The position numbers and the translations under genes were made by a program. Shown piece after piece: positions 40,489 to 53,041 of a DNA stretch of 64,000 nt. The stretch's first letter is position 1; every line of letters starts with the position of its first letter. Below the pieces are notes generated by a model that saw nothing but the letters and a program-made list of their open reading frames with translations, searched no databases and was not told the DNA's origin. The stretch spans positions 372,001 to 436,000 of the forward strand of contig JAYWIR010000020.1 in assembly GCA_036172245.1 (NCBI GenBank), in the 5' to 3' direction. The DNA comes from Raillietiella orientalis. Its lineage: Eukaryota.

Positions 40489-43400
40489 ATGGCAAATGGA
40501 GCAGAGGGTTGTGAAACGGAAGGCAGTGCTACGAAGCGACTGCAGTTTGGGAAAAGAAATTTGACAGATGCAGCTACTGTTTTCCATTTCAATGCTTGGT
40601 AGGTTATTGTTTATAACTGCATACATTGTGTGTGGTACTTTATAAGCATTGAGATCATTTTAAATTTCCATTTAATGTGCTTATCATTTTTAAGTAAAAA
40701 AAAAAATGTCTCATATTAAAGTGGCGTTTCTTTAAACAATGCATCCAAATTTCATTTCTTGTTGTCGCTTAGACAATTGTTTGATGACGATAAATTTACT
40801 CAGAATGTGAAAATGCGCTCTTTTATTCCAAAAATTTAGGGATAACGTAATTTGGGACGCTGAACTTGAAGCCAAAGCTGAAAAAAATGTCCTCAGTAAT
40901 TCTCAGGAAGTTATATCTGCCGGAGAAGCTATGGTGTTTGAAAGACAAGCAGCTGAATATTGGAATTCTTTCTATGATATTCATCAAAATAGGTTATGGA
41001 AATTCTCATTTTGTTTTGTTTGGATCTGTCGTGCAAGTAGATAAATATGAATGCTCTTTTATATTTTTTGGGAATTAATAAAATGAGTAGTTTATTGTAT
41101 TTTCAGGTTCTTCAAAGATAGGAACTGGTTGTTCACAGAATTTCCGGAACTGCATAATGGTATGTGATCATATGTTGTCTTGTATTACTAAATTTTGAAT
41201 GCAGCCTCTAATATTTTGGAAATAGGATGTGGGGCTGGAAATTCTGTCTTCCCTATTTTGCAGTCTTCCAAAATCCCAATTATTTATTGCTGTGATTTTT
41301 CTTCAAAAGCCATTGAATTAATTAAATGTAATAAACTTTATGATTCAAAAAGGTTTGTTGGTTTTTTTGATGATTCAGTTTTTGTGTGGCTTAAAAATTC
41401 CACATCATGGTTCAATTAGTATTGCTGCAATCAGTTTATTATTATTGTGGTGTAAAATATTGGTATGCATGCAGGAATTCCTCATGTCAAGGCTCAGTGT
41501 CCAATAGTTTCATAAATTCTGTTTACAAAATACTGAGTCTATGCAGAATTAAATATTTAAAAAGTAATAAAATTCTAAAAACTAAATTGGATGATTAATG
41601 ACTTATTATTTGAATATGCAATTTTTTTTATTACTATAGATCATTAGAATTTCATTTTTAAAACATGAGGATTTTTTTTATTTTATAGTAAAGCAGTATA
41701 TAGTATGATTTTTTTGTAGATGTCATGCATTTATTTGGGATATAGTTGAGAAAACTCATTTACCATTTGCTCCAAATAGTATTGAGTGCATCTTGCTGGT
41801 ATTTGTGCTTAGTGCTTTGAGTCCTTCCAAGTAAGTAGATATATTATATAGATGGTAGATGATTTAATATTACATTACTAACATTATCATATGCAAAAAG
41901 TTATTGTTAATTTGGGCATTTTGATGATGTGTTTTGTGAAATTGAGAACTTGAATATTATTGACATTTTGATGGTTCCTGAGATGATTGTCATTACTGTA
42001 CTGTAATAATCATTTTATTACAAGTATTCGTCTAGTTTTCATTTTGTTGTTGTCTAGGAACAAGAGTGACACCAAGTTGGCTTTTGTAAATTCTGATTAT
42101 GGGTTTCTTAGAATGAAGATTATGTTCAAATAACCTGCATTTTTCATGATGTTATGTATAGTCTTCAGTGTACATGTGTGCACATGAAACATTTTGTATA
42201 GGCAATGTATAAAATATTAAGTTTTCATAGCATAATGATTTTGTGGTTAAGGTTAGCAAAGTTCTCGCAAATAACATTTGGCATGCTTTTATGATTTTTT
42301 ATGGTTATGTTAATTGAGGTGCATATTCAATACTTTACAAGTACATAAGTTTTACATTACATGCCAGCAAATTATTGTATTGTTCTGAATGAATATTTGT
42401 CTTAAAATCATATTTAGATGCATTATCAAAAAGCATGATGTATTTCTAAGTACTAAGGTGTACAAATGTGAATTGGATTCTGGTAGCAACTGGAAGCTGG
42501 CAGTAGATATTGCAATCAAGAGTATGTTATAAATATGCAGACTGAGTGCATGCAAAGGAGAAAGCATGTCAAACTTCGTTGCAAAGTATTTGAATTTTCT
42601 TTCAAAAAAGTAACCTTGCTTGTTTGTTTTTTTCATTTTTTATAACATGTGGGTTATTAACACTTTACAATTTCATTGATACAGTTGCATGTAGTTGTTG
42701 TCTTCTCTTGTAATTATCATCATTGGTATAACATTGAGAATTCGTATTTTTAACTCTTCTGTGTTTTCATGTGTATGTTACATCTTTGACAGTGATTCAA
42801 AGGTTTGTTGATTAAGTATGCAGTCTCATGCATTTTCTTTGTTGGCTTGTTCTCTTAAATAAATTTATTTTGTATATTTTGAAATTAGTTGTTTACGGAT
42901 TAGACATCAAGTTTTAATTTTTCTTTTTATTGTATTTTCTTCAACTCTTTTATGTCACTTTTTGTTGCTTGAAAATAATAAACATCTAGAATATGTGTAA
43001 CTCAAAGCCGTTTGTATATTTCGATGACAGATTCTGAGTTGGATTTGTGCAGTGGTGAACTTTTAAGACTAGGTACTGTTTTGGTCCATGAATTCAACTG
43101 CACCTTATTCTTAGTAGTTTTGTGGAATTCAACTCAGATGCATCATTAATCCCAGAATTATCAAATTTGTCATTCAAATCTAGTAATTGATTAGTGTTCT
43201 AGTAAAAAATCATTAATCATCAAAATTTAGAACTTTGATGGGATTCAAAAGTGTCTTGTTGCCATCCAGTTCAGTATTTGGTACTTAGAGGAATGGTTTT
43301 TTTTTTGGTAGCTCAACCAAGAAGGGAAGCAAGTGTTTTTTGTGTAATTAGGTTATTCAGTTGTAATTAGATTATTACCTGCAACTAAATAATCTAATTA

Positions 43401-44751
43401 CATAGTTACAGGTAATTTATAGTATCATGTGTTTCATAGGATGCACACTTTATTATACTGCTGTGTGCAACACAGATATATGAACAGTTAAATCTTGAGT
43501 CTTTATTGCTTTCATAATAATTTTCCTTGACATGAAAATATATTTGCTTTTCAAAATTCATTTCGGACTTTTCATTTTGTTTCAATATGATCAATGACCC
43601 AAATCAATGTCATAAAGGTGTATAACCATACACCTTTATTACATTGATTGTAGTGTTGTGTAGCGCGCTTTGTATACCAGGAGTATTAGAAGAGAATTCT
43701 TGATCCAAGCAGTAGTGTAATCTTTAAATGTTCATTTGACACATTTTGTTTGTATTTGTGTTTGTTTTTTCCAGTCAGACATGTAGAATATTGGGAAACT
43801 GAAATGCATAAATTTATTTCTCCTATTATTTTCATCAGAAATTATATAATTCACTAGAAAGGAAAAGCATGAAATTAGGTAAAACAGATAAAATTCTCCA
43901 TTATTGTATATTAGTAGTATTCTCTGTTACTGTATATTATGTGTTCAATATTAAACAGGTTTTATTATATTTTGGTATTTGTTGTAGTCTCAGGTAGCTA
44001 AAGCATTCTAATCATTTTACAAAACCAAGATGTGTAAGGTAAAATGTTTGAAATTTCAGAATACACATTATTTAAAGAAATGGTGAAATCCTTAAAGGTA
44101 TTGATTTTAAAAGTTACAGTTAAACTAAACTAAATTATAGTTCAGTTTCATGTGGGTTTATTTTGTTATACAATGTACAAACTGCCTGAAACTCGGTAAT
44201 TGGGGGATTAGTTATAAAAGGGCTTTGTTTGTGTTGAAAAGCGTATTAATTTAAAGGATAAGAGCTCATCAAAAATGACTTTAAATTTTTGACATGGTAA
44301 TTGTACTGTTTGTCTTTTATAGCTTTTCAAACTTTTTAGGCATTACAGGTTATCAGAGATGTGTTTGTTTACTTTTCAGAATGCCTCAGGCAGTGCAGAA
44401 TATTGTGAATTGTTTGAAGCCTAACGGGTTATTATTTTTTCGAGATTATGGTCGTTATGACATGGCACAACTACGTTTCAAAAAGGGGCATTGTTTATCT
44501 GAACATTTCTATGTTAAGAAAGATGGTACAAGAGTGTACTTCTTCATGGAAGGTGAGATGAGAGAGTCAAAAATAAAATTATTTGTCAATCTGTTTTAGA
44601 GGAAGTTCGGAATATGTTCTTAAATGTGGGATTGATAGAAGAATCTTTATTTGTGGATAAGCGCTTACAAACAAATAGAAGAAAGCATTTGAAAATGTAT
44701 CGTGTGTGGGTACAAGGATGCTTTCGAAAACCAACGAAATCATTGGACTAG
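40489..44751 (+). CDS. METTL2: tRNA N3-methylcytidine (m3C32) methyltransferase METTL2-like, 299 aa
   Basis: Exons 40489..40598, 40840..40992, 41107..41159, 41205..41352, 41720..41830, 44380..44552, 44600..44751 (TAG); 900 nt, all GT-AG, phases consistent. Motifs KRLQFGKR...[59 protein letters not shown]. The N-terminal QFG..R..NAWDNV motif favours METTL2 over METTL6. Confidence 0.95.
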
Positions 44752-45069
44752 TCTCCCATGTTTTTGGTTGATAGTTTGTGGACTCTATCAGAACTTCTCA
44801 TTTTCAGATTCCAGAAACTTATCCAGTAAGCAGACTTTAATGAATGATGCATATAGTATTAAGAAATTTTTTCGTTCAAAAGTGTAATTTTCCCTGCTTC
44901 ATTTATTTTATGAGGCTTCTTCAATACAGAGATTAAATTTTTCATTTAATCACTGAATTCAGAATTTGAAGCATTTAACAGATTCTAAATAGCAAATACA
45001 ATCACAAAAATAGGTGATGGCGGATAATGTTGAAATTGTTTTTAAATAATTTATCAGTGCATGCATTGG

Positions 45070-45075
45070 AATAAA
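45070..45075 (+). promoter_or_regulatory. candidate polyadenylation signal for METTL2
   Basis: AATAAA about 320 nt after the stop codon. The hexamer is common in AT-rich DNA. Confidence 0.35.
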
Positions 45076-48000
45076 AATAATAATAGAAAATAGAGTCCCA
45101 GTCCTCATTTTTTTAAGAATCAATTAAAGTATAGTTCTGTTTTGTGTTGATCCTAATACGCATTTTTCAATGCATCCTGAGAAATGAAATGAGTACTTCA
45201 GCAAGGAAGAAATGTTTTTGAGCGGGCGCTAGTGTAGATTTCTGAGTAGAAGTCTACATTTTACTCTGAAAGGCATGTTTTTGTGTTTATAGCTTCTTTT
45301 TGATGTGTTGGTTTTCTTATAGCAGGGACTCAATTTTACTGGTTATGAATTAGAGCAGGCACTGGTGTGGGAAAATTGATTACCAGTAACCAACGTTTTC
45401 TGTCTACACTAATCTGCTGCATCCATAAATGCAATCAATCCTGCAGAATTCTAAACAAAATTATAAAATAATAAGTATGTAGTATATATTGTCAAAGTTA
45501 AAAATCACTCACTGCGCAAAAAAAAATATGTGGTTAAATTGACATAAGTAAAGATTTATTTTTCAATTTGATTTAATGCGAATACTTATTATTCAATATC
45601 TCATTTAGAATTTCATGTAAGCCTTTTTGGTATGGGTTTTGCTGGTTGAAACTTGCAGTTACAGTTCTGCAACCTGAGTCCATTACAAGCCAAGTAAGTT
45701 GGATGTAACAGTTTTTTACAGTTTAGAAAGTGTATGCGTGTTTTTAAATTGATCTCTTTTGAAATTTGTTTTTTACTCTTTCAAGTTCCTTGCTTTTATA
45801 TTATAAGATCACCCAACTTAATTAACCCACGTTCTGTACAATTTCTGTGTAAATCAGAAGAAATTCAAACCCTTGCAAAACATCATTAACGAAATACCGA
45901 TGAATCAGTATGACAAAAGTTCATTAGTTTTTAGTTCATTAGTTTGCCTTGTATTCTATACCTTTAGATTGGTAAAAGTAAAGAGTATAAAAGAGTTCGG
46001 AAAATGGAAAACTAAATAGAACATTGTTCTAATGCCAGGTGATTAATTTGAGTTGTGTGATCGTTATTATTACAAAGCATGCTAGATGCATGGTTTTTCG
46101 TGATTTGCTTGGAAGATCCTGTTTCCCATGAAGTGAAAATGTGCAGGCTGCTTTGCGATTCTCCGTATTTTATTTGGCGTTCAGCGTTTTGATTTTCAAT
46201 ATTGTTTCCCAAGTCATGAGATACATTTCAGCATTTAGGAAAGCATCGTTCTATTTATTTGTGTAAAAAATAAATACTTCCTTCCTGGTATCATTGTTTG
46301 TATTTTTCGTACGTTCTTTCTCGCCGATTCAAATCATCATCATCATCTGATCACCTACTCCTTATTGCTAGTGTGTAGTCCTGTGAAGCAAAACTAGCAT
46401 ATAAAATACATGAGATATTGTTACAAGAGTTTTTGACACAGATAGTTTTTACCATTTCAGTGTCACTCATAATAGGCCAGAATGCTTCTGCTGTTGTCAG
46501 ATTCGTCTCAAAGATGTGTTAGTGGTCTTTCCCTATAAATTAATTTTCATTTTAAAGAAAAAGACTTCAGATCAATCTGGATAATGTTTGCAGTTCCTGC
46601 TGCTGTATTTGGGAAGCCCGAGTCTGATCAGTTTTACTAACAAATCTATGTTTGCCTAAAGTGAATTCATTTGAGTATCTGTGAAGCAATTCTTCACTGG
46701 TGTTGGTTGCAGATAGGTTGTGGATTGAGAATGATTAAAAGGGGGCAAATTTACCCTTTATTTAGCATCGGTTTGATCTTATGAGATTGACTTGAATTTT
46801 GTATTACTGATTGGTCAGTATTTATTTCGATGAGAGCAGCATGCAGAAAATATTTGATGTTCAAAAGAAAGATCATTATTAATTTATTTCTTTTAGCTGC
46901 CCTGTGGATCTTCCATTAGGAAGAAAAACTTTTGAAGTTCTCGGCATTTCCGCTCCTCCGAACCATGATTGTCTAAGCAGTTATTTCTATTCTTCTTTAC
47001 GTAAAACTATTTTCTTCTCGTTCTGTACTAATTCGCTTTCTGGGACAATAAATTCTTACAAATCTGTTTCCATTTTTCAGTTTGTCTATCAGGTCACAGA
47101 GCAGCAGTTTTGCTGAAAATTACGGTTTTATTTCAGCGTCTTTCGACTGGATGGGACAAACTTTAATCTGAGCCTGTTTGGATATGTGCGCGATCTATAA
47201 GAAGTCTGCACTTGAACTATATGATGAACTCCAAACATGAAAGTCTTCTTTAATGGAAGCGTCGATTAATTTTATGAATGAATATGATTATTTTTCAATA
47301 CGCTTAAACAGGTGCCACATCTGGTACATTAATGAATGTTATTGAAGTGTTTATACTGAGAAACTGCATTGAACGCGAGATTGAGGGCACTTACACCCGC
47401 AGCGTTGGCCTCATTTTACTTTGATAGGGGGGGGGGGGCACTAGGAACTCCATCTTTGTACATCCTATTCTATTAGTGCATCCTGGATATTGCTCACAAC
47501 TAGTGAACACGTTTTGAGGAAGAGGAGGAAGGCTACTTACAACAGTCATTTGTACGAAGCTTTTTTTACGTTTCCATAATCACAGTCTCTGTACTGCACT
47601 TGATACCAGTGATTATAGAAACTGGTGTCACGTGCAGTACAGTAAGAATGGATCTTAATAGGAATTCTGCCTTTCCTTTCTAAATGTACTGTTTTAGGTA
47701 TTTTATGTAGACATTGCTGTCGAGATCGACGCTTTATCCTTCATGAAGCTTTCTACCATTGCAAACTCTTAGTGGTATCGGCCCATTCAGTCGTTCGTGG
47801 TGCAAGGTTAGACTAGACTTGGATTAATAGTGAGGGGTAAGCTTCGTGGACTTTAGATATAAGGGGTCTTCTTCGAAGATATGAGAGAGAGATCCTTGGA
47901 TTTACTAGAAATCTCGATTAACGAAAGCAATTTTTTTTGCTCCTCCTCCACTATGTGCATTTTCTGCGTATGTGTTTGATGATTTAAAAAGATCACACTA

Positions 48001-48559
48001 ATGGATATTTGAATATTGAAAAGCTAGTTGTACACGACTGCTCTACATCAGTTAGGATGCTGTGTATGCTTTGAGTAGCTTCCTTTTCCTTACGATGTGT
48101 GGACGTTAGCATTAATAATTCATTTTTCCATTAAGTTTCAAACACGAGGAATTCAGACGCTTGAATGCGAGCAAACCTCACGAATGTTGCAGATCATGTT
48201 GGAACCCCCGGCTGTGGTAAGATGTTTCAGGACTCAAAGGAATGTCATCGTTTAAGCGACATTGATGATGATCATTTTTTTTATCCATTCTTCAAGGTCT
48301 CACAGGAACAAAAAAAACATAGCTACGGATCCTTTAAAAAGGAATATCCTCAGATCTGCTGGATTTTCTAATCATGCCTGTGTTATTGTGTTGATCACGC
48401 GAAGAATTTATGAGAGTTTCGATCCGAAATAGTTACACTGACCTCAGTGATTATTATCGTCAATAATTGCTTCTCATCTTGGCGAAAAATCTTTGACTTC
48501 GATCATGTACAGTATGCAAGAACATTAAATATTCTCGCAGGCAACTAATATTCCTTATC

Positions 48560-49330
48560 AAATAAGTGGTTTCTAGCTCTTTGTAGTCTCACAATTGCTG
48601 AGAAGCCTGAAACGTGTCACGTCAGAAAAAGATTTGTGATATTCCAAGCTGCCTGCAGACAACGCCGTTGCATCGGACATGGGCATTTCGTCAGGGTTCT
48701 CTAACTTGGTTTCTGCCGAATTAGATGGTGATGTACATTACGGCAGTTTTCTTAAATCAGGGCTAGATCGATTGCCTATATTTTTCATGTCTTTTTCTTA
48801 CTTTCTGTCAATGCATTCTTACCTTACTGTGTCATCTGCTCGTGGTAGCTGTTTTGGGGCCAATTGGATTTACCTTCGGTGTCATCACGAAGAATGCTAT
48901 CACTCCCTGCCTACCAGCAACGAGGTGCAGCGTGAGCATCACTTAGCGCGTCATTTACGAGAATTATATCTCCTTTTTTTTTATAATGTCGTATAATCAA
49001 ACTGTATTGGTGTGATACGAAATTCAAATGCAGTTATAGGAACATGACTGTGCTCCATTGCGTGGGTTGAGCGCAACGCCAAGCCAGGAACATGTTACAT
49101 CAGCAGCTTGGCTTTGGAACCCAGTTCCCTTGAAGTTTCCCGTCTCCAACCCATGCCTGTTCCTTCCTTCCGGTCGCGGCTACACCGCCCTGCAACTTGC
49201 TGCTCCCACCTTCTCGATCCCTGAGGTTGTCGATTGCTTTTTCATTCGCGGAAGGCTGCCTCTTGCATCTCTTCGGGAGAATCGCCCCCCGATAGATGCG
49301 CACATTGACAAGGTTGGATAGATCTTCAAT
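48560..49330 (-). mobile_element. degenerate mariner transposase remnant (boundaries approximate)
   Basis: GDGKLQGNWVPK resembles the mariner LG.RK..ARWVP motif; a later VMLT fragment resembles KVMLTVFW; many stops and frameshifts. Confidence 0.45.
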
Positions 49331-52300
49331 TTCGAAGATCCTTTTTTTTCCTTTTTGATTTGAACAATGTAAATTAATTTTCATACGGTAAAAGATAGTA
49401 ACACAATGAATTGAATGAAGGATTGGTGAATGTTAGCATATGGAGTAATGAGTAATTTTAAATGCTACTTTAGGGTATTTAAATTCATATATAAAATTAT
49501 GAGAACATTTGATTTTTGGAGATTTCAGATCGGATTCCAATAGCGTAACGAGATAAAAGAGTTCACTAATTCCACCTCAGTTCTTTCAAAAGTTCTTTGG
49601 AAATCGGATCTTTCAGCGAAGGTAAAGGACTTATTTACACTTACTTGCAACAGAGTTTTTTTTGGTTTTTCATCTCCATGGAGCAAGTTGACCGGATCTT
49701 TTTCTTTTATACACTCCTACTCTTACTACTAATGAGCGTGTCGAGTTCTAGACTAATACACTTATCTGAAGAAACTAAGAAACGGGTACTTCCACAATTG
49801 AATCAGCTTCTATTTTTTGAATGCGTATCTTTTTGCACCCCAACTTTAATAGTATCCATGAGAAAGTTTCGTATTTCACATTCACTTGATTCGATGTCCT
49901 CCCATTTCTTGTTTCGGGGAGTTGTAATCGCCAAGCAATGGGTATGATGGTTAAAAAATTTTGTTAGGAAAGACATCAACATAATCCTCAATTAGTTGCA
50001 AACAAATGCATAGAACTGTTTAATGGCTTGCATGATTAAGTACATTCTTCAGTTCCCTCTTTCGGTCTTTCGCTCTCCAGACTAATTACTTTCCAAAAGT
50101 CTTGCATATTCACATGCAATCCTGAGGCGTCTTCGAGGTAAGTTCTGAGATTTCATCCCAACACTCCACTGGCCACTCTCTATAACTAAACATCGAGGTT
50201 GTTTTCCGTTACACAGGAAATATCAGTATAAGGAACTTGATGCCCATGAGTTGAGTCCTTGACACGGAGGGCCGTTGCTGAGGCTTACCGCTTAATGCAT
50301 CATAGGTTCACCTCATCAAAGAGAATTCCACTCATACCGAACTTTCAGTTATTTCGCTGTAGCCTGTTTCCATAATTTCTCAGCCTTTATGTAGACCTTC
50401 TTGCCTAGGAAACTAAGTTTGGAATATGAGGAGTCCTCAGAAATGCCAGCTTGCATCTGTGTTATTTATTCGTAATTTACTAAAAACCAATGTGCTTCAA
50501 CTTCGGGGGGAACCATAAGTTATGGATCAGTGCAGTCATTATGGTTGGGAATCCAACAAGGTGGACGTGGCAAATATTTCTTGTAAACTCCAGTTTTCCT
50601 TCCTATTTCCTTGAATTTTCAAAATAAAAAAAAAATTACAAGGGAGATTTGCACCAAACAAATTGATGTAAAGGTTTGCTCCATACGGTTACCTTCTTTT
50701 TGAGATACTACTTGTGCTAAATAAGGATGAAACATAGTACAAAAGGAGGAAGGCAAATCAACAATTTCCGAATGAAACTGATCTAAAAACATGTTGTCTA
50801 ATCGAGAATTTCTAAAGATTGTACAGAAAACAAAATGGTACTTTAATTAGAGATAGTTATAGCTTCAGCCTATTTCAGTGCGTCCTCGAATATGATGATG
50901 CAACTGCAAATCATGGGAGTATTTCAGTTCCTTGATGCAAAAATCTTTCCTTCTTGTACACTGAATCCAGTAAGCAAACAGATGGAAAAAACAACTGTGC
51001 ATTCCATTATTGCTTCTCCCAAGAAAATTTCTTCGGAACTAACAAAGTTTCTTTCATCTCTCACCAGCTAATATCGACAACCCTACAAAGACCGAGCTTG
51101 TATTTGTTTTAAGATATAGGGTATGCTCTGCGCTATTATGTCAGTTAAAAATTATTTCTAACTTTGGTTACTTTGTTTTGCATACCTAGATTTTCTTTAA
51201 TAAGTTTGTTGAAGGTTATTGGAAGCAACCTTTCGACTCCTACATGGAAACTAATTCGATTAAGGCTGCCATTATTATATTCACTGATCAGTTGTCTTTG
51301 TTTCTCTCTTTGTACTTGCTCCTTCACCATTTCCCGTAACAGCAAATCAAAACTTTTAAATAGTTTTGGTTTTGAAAATAAATTTATTGTTTTCTGTATT
51401 TTCACATTTTTGTTTCTAAAATCTTAGCTTCTTTTGGCTTCCACCTGATTTTTCGTCATCCTTTGCATTTATGAAACCTTTTTATTCTTTTTTTCTGACT
51501 CTGAATAATTAAGGGATTGCTTGCGAAAGAATCCACTTGTTCAAAATGAAAATGCGATCTTATACTTCAGCGAAGGTTGTTTTTGACTCGATTAAGACAG
51601 GAATTTTTTATCTTTCGTTGTCGTTAACATCCACTGAGAAATGCCAAGAGCAATTCTCATCTTTTCTGTAGTAGTTCCTATGAAGCATGGTTTCCCATAG
51701 TTAAAAAATTCGTGCTTTAAATGCATAACGACTTGAGATTTCAGTTTACATTCCGAAAATATACTCCAAAATGTTACTGATACAGATAAATTGAATCATC
51801 CTAAATGATTCCTGTTATTAGATGTCTGTAAGCACAAAATGTTCTGGAATCTTGAATCAGCAAAGCCTACATTTCAGTCAAGAGTGCTTTTGGATTTTTT
51901 GATGTCAGTCATTTTCATTCGTTTCAGAAAGTTTGAAATCACAGAGCCTGAAAGATGTTTTATATTTTTCTTTCTCTTACAAACGCAGCCAAGATGATTG
52001 ACATCATCCTTTTGATTTCGATATTATGTTGCCTTTTCTAAATATAGTTTTGTATTCAATCATTTTCTTATCACTGGCGCACTATTATAAGGCTTTATTA
52101 TTTGGGATGAAATCATGAACACATGAATTTTTTCGGTTTTCGTACATCTGTTCTGGCTCAGATACTTGTTTTACTGGATATGCTATTATTTACCAATCCT
52201 AAAGCTGGAGAAAAACGGAACACAAAGGAATAAGGCATGTCGCATAATAATAACATATTGTCTCACAAATTATTTGGATCACGAATTTTATAATTCAGAG

Positions 52301-53041
52301 GATTCATCAATACTAATGATGGTTTTCCTTTCAGATGCCTACCCAAATAGGTAAGAGAGGAAAAACAAAATGAGCTTTCATATTAAACCTACGAAACGTA
52401 AAGAGATAAAAAGATCCATAATTATATTTGGTTTCCTTATAAAAATAAATTTCCAGTGTTTCTGCGTCAAGCCATCTCATTGCTGTGATTGAGTAAAAGC
52501 TGGTTTAAGACAAGATTTATGAGCTTATATTTTGAAAACGTTATTTTAAAGATTCATAAACAAATACAAAACTATGGAGAATACATGCGAGAATAAATTG
52601 AACTCCTTTTGAAATAAATAAGAATTGGTGCAAGGGCATTTTACTCAGTTTATTACAATATAACATCTTTTGTTGTTCATTTATTTGGTCTTACTGTTTT
52701 GAAAGAATGCGTTGGCAATTCTCATTATCTCGACCATTTTACATAGTTATGTTTGCCATTTTTAGGGTATACTTTTTTAGAGTTTTAAATAGTTGTTCAC
52801 GATTTTTTGCGATCAATGATAAAGAAGACCTGGAAATTGAATCTCTATACTCTAGATTTTCAAACTCATGCTAATTTCTAATTGTTATAAAATGCAGAAA
52901 ATAATGAATTGCGCGTTGTGATGTTTCATCAAAATTAATGATCCTGTTCTGTTGCAGCACTCTTATTTATAAATGACAGTTCATAATTAGGGTTTATTTT
53001 TTGTGCCATTTCAAGCATTTCATATTGAATTATAGTGGATA

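Noticed and set aside
40650..40661. tgagatcatttt resembling the 5' part of the bantam miRNA
   Set aside because: Only 12 nt match and no precursor hairpin; it lies in METTL2 intron 1.
51145..51427. Overlapping 86-87 aa ORFs upstream of TIAR
   Set aside because: No recognisable domain, non-ATG starts and no convincing splice sites.
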